Positions 1-9,140 of a DNA stretch of 64,000 nucleotides are shown here, piece after piece. The stretch is from positions 258,091 to 322,090 of the forward strand of contig CAVZGN010000002.1 in assembly GCA_963774895.1 (NCBI GenBank), written 5' to 3'. The notes under the pieces are model-generated. The model saw nothing but the letters and a program-made list of their open reading frames with translations. It was not told the origin of the DNA and searched no databases. Position numbers and translations under genes: made by a program. This DNA comes from an uncultured Pseudomonadota bacterium (GTDB lineage Bacteria; Pseudomonadota; Gammaproteobacteria; Natronospirales; REEB76). Positions within the stretch are counted from its first letter, which is position 1. Every line of letters begins with the position of its first letter.

Positions 1-390
1 GCCGGCGCACTCCAGGACAATCATCGCGCCCTGATCCTCGGCATCCAGACGTTCGGCAAAGGTTCGGTGCAGACCGTGATCCCACTGCCGGAAGGTGCGG
101 CCATCAAACTCACGACCGCCCTGTATTACACGCCTTCCGGCCATTCAATCCAGGCGGAAGGCATCAAGCCGGATATCGAGGTCCCGGAGCTCAATGTGGC
201 GATCTCCAAGACCGCCAACGAAAATCTTACGGAAGCCAATCTGCAAGGTCATCTCGCCAATACCACACCGACACCGGAAGACGCGGCCGGCACCAGCGCC
301 ACCGACACACTGGCGCAGCAGGACTTCCAGTTATATCAGGCCCTCATCATCCTCAAGGGGCTGAGCTTCGTGGCCGGTGGACCTGGATGA
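1..390 (+). CDS. C-terminal processing peptidase (S41, Ctp/Prc type), 3' end only; gene begins upstream of the window
   Basis: Frame 1 is open from nt 1. The translation [32 protein letters not shown]...LYYTPSG carries the conserved S41 block around the catalytic Lys (TFGKGSVQ). Confidence 0.85.
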   Translation, partial: AGALQDNHRALILGIQTFGKGSVQTVIPLPEGAAIKLTTALYYTPSGHSIQAEGIKPDIEVPELNVAISKTANENLTEANLQGHLANTTPTPEDAAGTSATDTLAQQDFQLYQALIILKGLSFVAGGPG

Positions 391-1232
391 TTAGCAGGTC
401 AGCACCACAGCCATTTGCATGTTGGTGTCTGTGTTTGTTAGTTGCGTTGTTGATGAGCATCAGCAGTGCCAGCTTGTATGCTGCCGCACCCGTCGCCCAT
501 CCGGTGGTGGCCATCATCATCGACGATCTGGGCAACACCCTTGAGGAAGGACAACGCGCCGTGGAACTGCCTGGTCCGGTGGCGTGTGCCATTCTCCCCT
601 ACACCAAATATTCCGTGAGCATCGCCGATCAAGCCCACGCACGCGGCAAGGAAGTGCTGCTGCATATGCCCATGCAGGCGATCGAGGATACGCCGCTGGG
701 CCGCGGCGGCATCACCTTGGAAATGGACCAGCAGGAAATCCAGCAGACGGTGCGCGCGGACATCGCAGCCATCCCGCATCTGGTGGGCATTAACAATCAC
801 GAAGGCAGCCTCATCAGCATGCATCCGGGTGATCTCGCCTGGATCATGCAGACCCTGCATGCAATCGGGAATCTGTACTTCGTGGACAGTTACACCACCG
901 TGGACAGTATCGCCTATCAGATCGCTGGTGAGAACGGCGTACCCGCGGCACGTCGCGATGTGTTCCTGGACGACGACAACAATCCCCAGGCGGTGCAGTT
1001 CCAGTTCAAGCGTCTGCTGGAGATTGCACACAAGAAAGGTTTTGCCCTTGCCATCGGCCATCCGCGGCCGGCAACCCTGGAAGTGCTGGCGGCTGAACTA
1101 CCGAAACTTTCAAGCCAGGGTGTCGGACTGGTACCGGTGGCTGAGATCGTGAAACTGCAGCAACAGCATCCGATTCCCTGGCCTGAATCCATCTATCCTC
1201 TGCCACAGCACACGAATTCCCAGCCTCAATGA
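387..1232 (+). CDS. divergent polysaccharide deacetylase family protein (YibQ-like)
   Basis: 281-aa ORF with an N-terminal signal/TM segment. It has the motifs [20 protein letters not shown] and NNHEGS typical of YibQ. ATGA overlap with the upstream peptidase gene. Confidence 0.8.
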   Translation: MISRSAPQPFACWCLCLLVALLMSISSASLYAAAPVAHPVVAIIIDDLGNTLEEGQRAVELPGPVACAILPYTKYSVSIADQAHARGKEVLLHMPMQAIEDTPLGRGGITLEMDQQEIQQTVRADIAAIPHLVGINNHEGSLISMHPGDLAWIMQTLHAIGNLYFVDSYTTVDSIAYQIAGENGVPAARRDVFLDDDNNPQAVQFQFKRLLEIAHKKGFALAIGHPRPATLEVLAAELPKLSSQGVGLVPVAEIVKLQQQHPIPWPESIYPLPQHTNSQPQ

Positions 1233-1366
1233 TGAGCAAGTAGCGGACCAACACCCGCAACTGATATCCAGCCTTTCAGTTTCAAAGCTGCAGATCCATC
1301 TTTAAAATAATCAGGCTATCTGCGAGTTTTTCTAAGTCCGTGAAATCGCTCTGCTAAAATGCCCGC

Positions 1367-3523
1367 ATGGATGTCACCGCGATCCTGGATCCCTTGAATC
1401 CCGCCCAGCGCGAGGCGGTGACCGCCGAGTCCAAACCGTTGCTGGTGCTGGCGGGCGCCGGCAGCGGCAAGACCCGGGTACTAGTGCACCGCATCGCCTG
1501 GTTGATACAGGTCGAACATGTATCACCGTATGGCATTCTTGCCGTGACCTTCACCAACAAGGCCGCCGGCGAGATGCGCCTGCGCATCGAGCAACTGATC
1601 GGCGGCTCGGCGCGCAGCATGTGGGTCGGCACGTTTCACGGGCTCGCCCATCGGCTGCTGCGCCAGCATTGGCGTGAGGCCAAACTGCCACAGGCTTTCC
1701 AGATCCTGGATTCCGAAGATCAATACCGCCTCATCCGCCGGGTTCTCAAGAGTCTTGATCTCGACGAGGCCCGCTATCCGCCGCGCCAGCTGCAATGGTT
1801 CATCAACTCACGCAAAGACGAAGGCCTGCGCGCCAAACATATTGCCGAGGGCGACGATCCCACCCATCGGCGGATGTTGCGCACCTACGCAGCTTATGAA
1901 ACCACCTGTGAGCGCGGCGGACTGGTGGATTTCGCGGAACTGTTGCTGCGCGCGCTGGAGTTATGGCGTAACGACGCGGCGCTGCTGGCCCATTATCAGC
2001 AGCGTTTCCATCACATCCTGGTGGATGAATTCCAGGATACCAACGCCATCCAGTACGCCTGGATCCGCCTGCTGGCTGGCAAGCAGAGCGTGCCGTTCGT
2101 GGTGGGTGACGACGACCAGTCCATCTATGCCTGGCGCGGTGCCAGGATCGAGAACATCCTCAAATTCGAGAAGGATTTCCCCGCTACACGTATGCTGCGT
2201 CTGGAACAGAACTACCGTTCCACCGGCAACATCCTCAAGGCCGCCAACGCCCTGATTGCCAACAACAGCGCGCGCCTCGGCAAGAAGCTGTGGACCAGTG
2301 GCGCCGATGGCCTGCCGATACGGGTGTATGCCGCCTACAACGAACAGGACGAAGCACAGTTCGTGATAGATCAGATCAAGCGCTGGCAGGAACAGGGTGG
2401 TGCGCGCCATGACATCGCGGTGCTGTACCGTTCCAATGCCCAGTCGCGGGTGTTCGAGGAGCGCCTGCTGGCGGAGGCCATCCCTTACCGGGTCTATGGC
2501 GGTCCACGCTTCTTCGAACGTCAGGAAATCAAGGATGCACTGGCCTATCTGCGCCTGCTCGAGAACCGCGATGACGATGCTTCCTTCGAGCGCATCATCA
2601 ACTTGCCGGCCCGCGGCATCGGCTCGCGCACCCTGGATACCCTGCGGGAGCGATCACGCCGTGACAACCTGTCGCTATGGCGGGTGTTGCGCCAGGTGGT
2701 GGACAGCAAGGATGCACCCGCGCGGGTAATGGGCACACTCGATGGTTTTGCCAAACTTGTGGATGACATGGACAAAGAAGTGCGCGGGCTGGTTCTGTTC
2801 GAACAAGTCGATCACGTGATTGATAGCAGCGGCCTTGTGGATCACTACCAAGCGGAAAAAGGTGAACGCGGTGAGACCCGGGTGGAAAACCTGCAGGAAC
2901 TGGTGAGCGCGGCACGCGGATTTCAGCCGGAGGATCTGCAAGGCATGATGCCGCTGTCGGCTTTTCTTGCGCACGCCGCCTTGGAAGCCGGCGAAGGCCA
3001 GGCGCAGAAATGGGAGGATTGTGTGCAGCTCATGACGCTGCATTCCGCCAAGGGCCTGGAGTTTCCACTGGTGTTCATCTGCGGTCTGGAAGACGGCCTG
3101 TTCCCGCATGAACGCTCCAGCGAGGATCTGGAGGGGCTCGAGGAGGAACGGCGCTTGTGCTATGTGGGCATGACGCGCGCCAAGCAGGAATTGTATCTCA
3201 GTTATGCCGAGAGCCGCCGGCTGCACGGCATGGATAACTACGGCGTGCCCTCACGGTTTCTGAGGGAGATTCCACCCGACTTGTTGCAGGAGATACGTCC
3301 ACGGGTGCAAGTGTCGCGGCCGTACACCACATCGGCCACCGTCTACACGCAGGATGCGCCAGTCGGTCTGAGCCTCGGCCAGCGGGTACGCCACCCGAGC
3401 TTTGGCGAAGGCACGGTGCTGGATTACGAAGGCAGTGGCGCACATGCACGTGTGCAGGTGAATTTCAATACCGCCGGCGCCAAATGGCTGGTAGTGGCTT
3501 ACGCTAACCTCATGCCGATTTGA
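1367..3523 (+). CDS. uvrD: DNA helicase II (UvrD)
   Basis: 718 aa with Walker A AGAGSGKTRVL, DEFQDT, the YRS and TLHSAKGLEF motifs, and a VGMTRA C-terminal block. Confidence 0.95.
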   Translation: MDVTAILDPLNPAQREAVTAESKPLLVLAGAGSGKTRVLVHRIAWLIQVEHVSPYGILAVTFTNKAAGEMRLRIEQLIGGSARSMWVGTFHGLAHRLLRQHWREAKLPQAFQILDSEDQYRLIRRVLKSLDLDEARYPPRQLQWFINSRKDEGLRAKHIAEGDDPTHRRMLRTYAAYETTCERGGLVDFAELLLRALELWRNDAALLAHYQQRFHHILVDEFQDTNAIQYAWIRLLAGKQSVPFVVGDDDQSIYAWRGARIENILKFEKDFPATRMLRLEQNYRSTGNILKAANALIANNSARLGKKLWTSGADGLPIRVYAAYNEQDEAQFVIDQIKRWQEQGGARHDIAVLYRSNAQSRVFEERLLAEAIPYRVYGGPRFFERQEIKDALAYLRLLENRDDDASFERIINLPARGIGSRTLDTLRERSRRDNLSLWRVLRQVVDSKDAPARVMGTLDGFAKLVDDMDKEVRGLVLFEQVDHVIDSSGLVDHYQAEKGERGETRVENLQELVSAARGFQPEDLQGMMPLSAFLAHAALEAGEGQAQKWEDCVQLMTLHSAKGLEFPLVFICGLEDGLFPHERSSEDLEGLEEERRLCYVGMTRAKQELYLSYAESRRLHGMDNYGVPSRFLREIPPDLLQEIRPRVQVSRPYTTSATVYTQDAPVGLSLGQRVRHPSFGEGTVLDYEGSGAHARVQVNFNTAGAKWLVVAYANLMPI

Positions 3524-3589
3524 ATCGCCTGATACACAGCAATGCATGCTTAATCAAACACGGTATTGTTAACTGAGATTGACGTTAGC

Positions 3590-3609
3590 ATCTACTCACA
3601 TGAGTAGAT
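3590..3609. promoter_or_regulatory. perfect 9-2-9 palindrome (ATCTACTCA ca TGAGTAGAT) upstream of the LOG-family gene; possible operator
   Basis: Read directly from the sequence. It lies about 50 nt upstream of the 3658 start. The loop is too short for a good RNA hairpin, so a dimeric protein site is more plausible. Confidence 0.25.
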
Positions 3610-3657
3610 TCAGATAGTTGAGTTCTGCAATCAGACGGGTTGCTGTAGAAATTTTCA

Positions 3658-4395
3658 TTGGAGCACGCTATGAAAACTGAAGATAAGCACTATTTATCTC
3701 CGCAACCAGAAAACCTGGATGCTATCCGCAGCCGCGAGTCTTGGAAGGTACTAAGGATGTTGGCGGAATTTGTCGAAGGCTTCGAACAGCTGGCCACCAT
3801 CCGTCCTTCGGTAAGCATCTTTGGCTCCGCACGCAGTACCCCGGAGCACCCGTATTACGCACTCGCAGAACAGATCAGCCGGTCCTTATCCGACGCCGGG
3901 TTCACGGTGGTGACCGGCGGCGGACCGGGGCTTATGGAGGCTGCCAACAAGGGCGCCTACGCGGGTAAATCGCCTAGCATTGGGCTCAACATACAACTGC
4001 CCCATGAACAGAGAGCCAACGAGTTTCAGGATATCTCACTCAAGTTCCGGCATTTCTTCACGCGTAAGGTGATGTTCGTGAAGTACGCTTCGGCTTATGT
4101 GGTGCTGCCGGGTGGATTCGGTACTCTGGATGAACTCAGCGAGATTCTCACGCTTATACAAACCGGCAAGACTCTGCCAATCCCGATCCTGCTGGTGGGC
4201 AGCAAGTTCTGGAAAGGCTTGGTGGATTGGCTCAGAGCAAACATGGTTGGCGAGAACATGATCGATGAACAGGATCTCGATCTTTTCAAGGTGGTGGACA
4301 AACCCCAGGAAGTGGTCAGTGCCATCTTCGAGTATTACGGATCCCGCGGTTTTGAACCTTCTGCCCAGGAAAGAGAGACGCTGCTGGAACTATAG
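3658..4395 (+). CDS. LOG-family / TIGR00730 Rossmann-fold nucleotide phosphoribohydrolase
   Basis: 245 aa with the GGGPGLMEAANKGA and PGGFGTLDELSE motifs characteristic of the LOG/YgdH family. Confidence 0.85.
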   Translation: MEHAMKTEDKHYLSPQPENLDAIRSRESWKVLRMLAEFVEGFEQLATIRPSVSIFGSARSTPEHPYYALAEQISRSLSDAGFTVVTGGGPGLMEAANKGAYAGKSPSIGLNIQLPHEQRANEFQDISLKFRHFFTRKVMFVKYASAYVVLPGGFGTLDELSEILTLIQTGKTLPIPILLVGSKFWKGLVDWLRANMVGENMIDEQDLDLFKVVDKPQEVVSAIFEYYGSRGFEPSAQERETLLEL

Positions 4396-4415
4396 CGGCA
4401 GTTTGCGCACGACAT

Positions 4416-4892
4416 TCAGTTTTCCTGCTTGCCCACATCGATGTCGTCCAGATCATGGGAATAATCGGTGGCCAGTATGCCGCGGGCCAGGCTCTCGTCC
4501 GAACGAGTCACCCGTAGTTTGATACCGCCAAGGGCAATGGAGTACAACCAGTCCATCTGTACCATATTGTCGTCGAACAATAGGGCATGGATGCCCTCCG
4601 CAGCCAGACGTCCCATGGCGATGTGTGCGTCGGTGGTTTTGTCGAAGACGGCGACCGTGATGTATTCGTCCTTGTCATCGACCAAGCCGGGATCGCAATC
4701 CGCAAGACTCGCGGCGCTTGAGAAATGCCATAATTTGCGCCCGCGCACGTTTGTGAGCGTGACGTACAGGCGAATTAGCCAGACGGAAAATCGGCGGACT
4801 GCGGAATAGGCCAGCACTAGCTGATCTCTGGATTTGTCTTGGATAGATCGGGCAGTTGAGATTAAAGCACAATACGCTAATGGCGGCGGCAT
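4416..4892 (-). CDS. DUF2007-like (putative signal-transducing) domain protein; start uncertain
   Basis: The C-terminal 80 aa (ITVAVFDKTTDAHIAMGRLAAEGIHALLFDDNMVQMD...GGIKLRV) resemble DUF2007. The longest-ORF ATG abuts a terminator U-tract, so the real start is probably an internal GTG/TTG. Confidence 0.55.
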   Translation of the reverse strand: MPPPLAYCALISTARSIQDKSRDQLVLAYSAVRRFSVWLIRLYVTLTNVRGRKLWHFSSAASLADCDPGLVDDKDEYITVAVFDKTTDAHIAMGRLAAEGIHALLFDDNMVQMDWLYSIALGGIKLRVTRSDESLARGILATDYSHDLDDIDVGKQEN

Positions 4893-4923
4893 AAAAAACC
4901 CGGCGGAAGGAGTACCGCCGGGT
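4891..4923 (-). terminator. rho-independent terminator reading on the minus strand
   Basis: On the minus strand: ACCCGGCGG-tactcctt-CCGCCGGGT followed by TTTTTTAT. A 9-bp GC-rich stem plus a U-tract. On the plus strand no T-tract follows. Confidence 0.6.
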
Positions 4924-5186
4924 CAAGGCCTTCATGGCCAGAGGTGATTGAGTGTACCTAAATATAAGGGCGTAAGCATCCTTGCTGGTCCGTAGCCCGC
5001 CCCGGGTCCTCATTACGTCCTTGTCCCACCATTCCGTGGCGGTACAGGCAAGTGTTAATCTGCCACTGGCACTGTGCCGGCACAGTCGGTAGATGCCGGC
5101 AACTCTTGTAGGAAAAGGCTTACACCGATGGTTTTATCAAGCTGAATTACGGCAAAATCCCGCTACAACCACCAAAACTCTCTGCC

Positions 5187-6143
5187 ATGCGCGAACTCTT
5201 TCCCCCGCTCGAACCCTATGCCCAACGCAGCCTGCCGGTGCAAGCGCCCCACGAAATTTACCTGGAGGAGTGCGGCAATTCCGATGGTCTGCCAGTGATC
5301 TTCGTTCACGGTGGCCCGGGTGGTGGCTGCACCACCGACAACCGCCGGTTTTTCGATCCTGCGCGCTACCGCATCGTGCTGTTCGATCAACGTGGTTGCG
5401 GCCGCTCACGTCCGCATGCGGAACTTGCACACAATACCACCCAGGCGCTGATCGAGGACATGGAGCGTATCCGCGAAATCCTCGGCATCGAGCGCTGGCT
5501 GGTTTTCGGTGGATCCTGGGGCTCAACTCTGGCGCTGGTGTATGCCGAGACCCATCCACAACGGGTCATAGCGCTGATCCTGCGGGGGATTTTTCTGGTG
5601 ACTGCGGCGGAACTGGGATGGTTCTACCAGGATGGCATCCAGCATATATTCCCCGATTATTTTGCGGACTTCGTGGCGCCGATCCCTGCAGCCGAGCGTA
5701 GCGATCTCATGCACGCCTATTACAAGCGACTCACCAGCGATGATCACGAAATACGTCGTCATGTGGCAGAAGTATGGTCATTGTTCGAGGCGCGCTGTTC
5801 GACCCTGCTGCCCAGCCAATCGGTTGTGGAGCATTTTTCCGAGCCGGATGTGGCCATGGCCATCGCGCGCATCGAATCTCACTACTTCGTGCATGACTGT
5901 TTCCTGGCCCCCAACCAAATCATCCGTGATGCGCCATTGATCCGCGACATCCCCGGCGTGATCGTACAAGGACGCTACGATGTGGTATGTCCGGCGTCGG
6001 CTGCCTGGCAGCTGCACATGGCTTGGCCTATAGCCCGGTTGCGGCTGATCCCGGATGCCGGACACGCTGCCAGCGAACCGGGCACCTGCTCTGCTCTGGT
6101 GGAAGCCACCGATGAATTTGCCGACCGTTTCCAAAGCCGATGA
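5187..6143 (+). CDS. pip: prolyl aminopeptidase (proline iminopeptidase)
   Basis: 318 aa with VHGGPGGG, a GGSWGSTLAL nucleophile elbow, and a C-terminal GH block typical of the S33 Pip family. Confidence 0.93.
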   Translation: MRELFPPLEPYAQRSLPVQAPHEIYLEECGNSDGLPVIFVHGGPGGGCTTDNRRFFDPARYRIVLFDQRGCGRSRPHAELAHNTTQALIEDMERIREILGIERWLVFGGSWGSTLALVYAETHPQRVIALILRGIFLVTAAELGWFYQDGIQHIFPDYFADFVAPIPAAERSDLMHAYYKRLTSDDHEIRRHVAEVWSLFEARCSTLLPSQSVVEHFSEPDVAMAIARIESHYFVHDCFLAPNQIIRDAPLIRDIPGVIVQGRYDVVCPASAAWQLHMAWPIARLRLIPDAGHAASEPGTCSALVEATDEFADRFQSR

Positions 6144-6589
6144 TTGGCCTGTTGCAGCGCGTCACTCGTGCATCGGTGGACATTGATGGTAAACAGGTCG
6201 CGGCTATCGGCCGGGGACTGTTGGTGTTCATCGGTGTCGAGCGTAGTGACACCCAAGCACAGGCCGATCGTCTGCTGGAACGTTTGCTTGCCTATCGCGT
6301 ATTTCCGGACATCACCGGCCGCATGAATCGTGACCTGCGGGAAGTCGGCGCTGGCCTGTTACTGGTACCGCAGTTCACGCTGCCTGCAGATACCCAGAAA
6401 GGCAACCGCCCGAGTTTCACGCCAGCCGCGCCGCCGGAACAGGGCCAGTATTTGTTTACCTATCTCTTAAACCAGGCTAAGCGTGCCCACCCCGATACCC
6501 AAAGTGGCGTGTTCGGAGCGCAGATGCAGGTAGCGCTGGTCAATGATGGGCCGGTAACCTTCTGGCTGAGGGTCCCGGCCGATGTATAG
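6140..6589 (+). CDS. dtd: D-aminoacyl-tRNA deacylase
   Basis: 149 aa with the MIGLLQRV N-terminus and a C-terminal NDGPVTF motif. ATGA overlap with pip. Confidence 0.95.
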   Translation: MIGLLQRVTRASVDIDGKQVAAIGRGLLVFIGVERSDTQAQADRLLERLLAYRVFPDITGRMNRDLREVGAGLLLVPQFTLPADTQKGNRPSFTPAAPPEQGQYLFTYLLNQAKRAHPDTQSGVFGAQMQVALVNDGPVTFWLRVPADV

Positions 6590-6859
6590 GATCAGGAGGA
6601 TATGGATTGTCCCTGACACCGATCTGGATTAGGATTGCAGCGCCGGTAGTCAATAAAACATGCGTACTAAGCACTGGCTTACTTGTATATGCCCGGCGCA
6701 CATATTCCGCATTCAGCATCATTGACCAGCCCGGATACACTCCCATGTTTTTAATACGCACTCAGTATCCTGCACCTTCGCCCAGCAGTAACAACCTGGA
6801 GATCAGGCGGTCGGCTTACTCAGGTGATAAATAACACCGACTAAAACCAGGCGACCAGC

Positions 6860-7594
6860 ATGTTGCTGATACCCGCGATTGAGATCAAGAATGGGAAATG
6901 CACGCCCGCAACAGCTGTCCGTGCCCGTGGGCAAACCAGTCCGGTGGATGACCCTGTATCGGTAGCGAAACATTGGGCGACCGCCGGTGCGCGCCGCCTG
7001 CATATCCTGGACACGGACAGCATCCAATCCGGCAAAACGGCCAATCCAACCGTGATACGCGCCATGGTGGAGGCTTGCCCAGGCGTGCCGCTGCAAATCA
7101 GCGCTGGCATGCTTAGTGACAGCGATGTGGAAAATTACTTTGAGGCCGGCAGCGAGTATGTAATTTTAGGCACCAAAGCCGCGAGTACACCGCATTACAT
7201 CAATAACCTGTGCCTCGAATACCCGGGACACATCCTGGTGGAGCTGGATACCAAGGATGGCAAGGTGAATGCCGAAGGCTGGTCGAAACTGGCTGACCAC
7301 GACGTACTCGAAGTGGCTGAACATTTTCAGCGCGAGGGCGTGGCCGGGATTCTTTACAGCGACAAACAGCTCGGCCAGACGCATGACTTCAATATAACTG
7401 CGGCTTTTTCACTGGCCCAGACCCTGACCATACCGATTATCCTGGCGAATGGTCTGAACTCTATCGAGGACCTGCAGCGGCTGTATAAAGCAGGTGGTAA
7501 CAGTCTGGCGGGCGCGGTACTGTTCATCCCATCCCTGGATCTCGCCAAGGCACAGAAACTTGCCGACGCACACCCGGATCAATCTTCTCAATGA
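6860..7594 (+). CDS. HisA/HisF-related TIM-barrel protein (divergent HisA-like paralogue)
   Basis: 244 aa with an IPAIEIKNGKC start and an LDTKDGKV block that align with HisA. The glycine-rich phosphate-binding loops are altered (see findings). Confidence 0.7.
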   Translation: MLLIPAIEIKNGKCTPATAVRARGQTSPVDDPVSVAKHWATAGARRLHILDTDSIQSGKTANPTVIRAMVEACPGVPLQISAGMLSDSDVENYFEAGSEYVILGTKAASTPHYINNLCLEYPGHILVELDTKDGKVNAEGWSKLADHDVLEVAEHFQREGVAGILYSDKQLGQTHDFNITAAFSLAQTLTIPIILANGLNSIEDLQRLYKAGGNSLAGAVLFIPSLDLAKAQKLADAHPDQSSQ

Positions 7595-7705
7595 GATATA
7601 AAACACTTCAATGGGAGTAAAATAAGCCTACACGGCCTGTAATGGCGGTGTTTTATAAGCCAGCTCTGGCTATCACCATCAACCCCGGAGCTGCAGGAGC
7701 AATTC

Positions 7706-7915
7706 ATGGAACTCAGTGTTGGCAAGATCCTGTTGATCCTCATCATCGTGGTACTGGTGTTCGGCACTGCCAAACTGCCCAAGCTTGGCGAAGACCTAGG
7801 CAAGGCTGTGCGCAGTTTCAAAAAGGGCATGCATGACAGCGACAACGATGCAGCGACCGGGAAAAAGCCTGCAGACGACAAGTCCAAGCCCGACTCCGAT
7901 AACACCTCACACTAA
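7706..7915 (+). CDS. tatA: twin-arginine translocase subunit TatA
   Basis: 69 aa with an N-terminal TM helix and an LVFGTAKLPKLGEDLGKAVRSFKKG hinge/amphipathic helix. Confidence 0.93.
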   Translation: MELSVGKILLILIIVVLVFGTAKLPKLGEDLGKAVRSFKKGMHDSDNDAATGKKPADDKSKPDSDNTSH

Positions 7916-7921
7916 ACCTGC

Positions 7922-8227
7922 ATGTTCGAAGGCAGCTTTTGGGAACTGGCACTGATCTTCGTGCTGGCGCTGGTGGTGTTTGGTCCGGAGCGCCTGCCGG
8001 GATTGGCGCGCACCATCGGCCTGTGGGTGGGACGGGCACGCGCCGTCATGCGACACCTCACCGAACAGATCGAGCGTGAATTGGCGGCTGAGGAAATGCG
8101 CAAAGCGGCGAACAACGTGCGCCAAACCCTGAATGAACCGGTCAAGCTTAGCGATCCAAAACCGGTTGATTCAGATACAGCGCAACACGCACAGGAAACC
8201 ACCAAGCATGACTCCTCCAGCGGATGA
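7922..8227 (+). CDS. tatB: twin-arginine translocase subunit TatB
   Basis: 101 aa with an MFEGSFWELALIFVLALVVFGPERLP TatB-type N-terminus. It directly follows tatA. Confidence 0.9.
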   Translation: MFEGSFWELALIFVLALVVFGPERLPGLARTIGLWVGRARAVMRHLTEQIERELAAEEMRKAANNVRQTLNEPVKLSDPKPVDSDTAQHAQETTKHDSSSG

Positions 8228-8999
8228 ACCGTCCAGCGAACCGCTGATCAGCAAATCCCTCATCGGACACCTGCTGGAGTTGCGCCGGCGCCTGCTGCTG
8301 TGGGTTGGCACATTGCTGGTGTTGTTCTTATGCATGTTCCCGTTCCAGAACCGGATATTCGATTTCATCGCCTTGCCCATGATCCGGCGGCTGCCGACAG
8401 GTTCCAGCATGATCGCAACCAGCGTCACCTCGCCGTTCATGACGCCCATGAAACTCACATTGATGCTGGCGCTGTTCTTGAGCGTGCCGGTATTGCTGTG
8501 GCATGCATGGCGCTTCATGTCGCCGGCGCTCTACAAGAGTGAGCGCCGCCTGTTCTTCCCGCTGCTGGTATCCAGCGTGGTGCTGTTTTATTGCGGCGTC
8601 GCCTTTGCGTATTTCGTGCTGTTTCCGGTGGCCTTCGCCTTCCTGAATTCAGTGGCACCGTCCGGCGTCAAGGTGATGACCGACATCAACGCCTATCTGG
8701 ACTTCGTGCTGACCATCTTTTTCGCCTTCGGTCTGGCCTTCGAGGTACCGATCGCCATCGTGCTGGCCGTATGGGTGGGATTCACTACGCCGGGCAAGCT
8801 CAGGAAAATGCGTCCTTATGCTTTGGTGGGTTCCTTCATCGTCGGCATGATCTTGTCGCCGCCGGATGTGGTGTCCATGACATTGTTATCCATACCCATC
8901 TACTTGCTGTACGAAATCGGTATGTTGATGGCACGCATCCTGGTGCCGGGCTCGAAACAGGTGGATGCGCAGCGTGAACAGGAGCAGGGCAAACCCTGA
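8208..8999 (+). CDS. tatC: twin-arginine translocase subunit TatC
   Basis: A six-TM protein with the HLLELRRRLL N-terminal motif. I chose the ATG at 8208, which overlaps the tatB end, rather than the longest ORF start at 8133 inside tatB. Confidence 0.9.
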   Translation: MTPPADEPSSEPLISKSLIGHLLELRRRLLLWVGTLLVLFLCMFPFQNRIFDFIALPMIRRLPTGSSMIATSVTSPFMTPMKLTLMLALFLSVPVLLWHAWRFMSPALYKSERRLFFPLLVSSVVLFYCGVAFAYFVLFPVAFAFLNSVAPSGVKVMTDINAYLDFVLTIFFAFGLAFEVPIAIVLAVWVGFTTPGKLRKMRPYALVGSFIVGMILSPPDVVSMTLLSIPIYLLYEIGMLMARILVPGSKQVDAQREQEQGKP

Positions 9000-9140
9000 G
9001 CTTAAAAAACTGCTCCAGTAGCGGCCCTATAATGGCTCGGTGTTGAATGGCAGGGGACAGACACCGGCTCCCTGACATGAGCAGCAGGTTCTTTTCCAGC
9101 GCCGGTAGAATAGCGGCTCTTCCGCCGTACCAGGAGCAAC

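Noticed and set aside
1233-1366. A LexA/SOS box upstream of uvrD.
   Set aside because: No CTGT-N8-ACAG-type palindrome is visible in the spacer.
5055-5090. A cobalamin-riboswitch-like GCCACTG box upstream of pip.
   Set aside because: It is an isolated heptamer. None of the other conserved B12-element blocks are visible, and pip has no link to cobalamin.
8133-8207. The longest-ORF start of tatC.
   Set aside because: It lies wholly inside tatB, and the added N-terminus (MNRSSLAIQNRLIQIQ...) has no TatC counterpart. The ATG at 8208 gives the usual short overlap with tatB.
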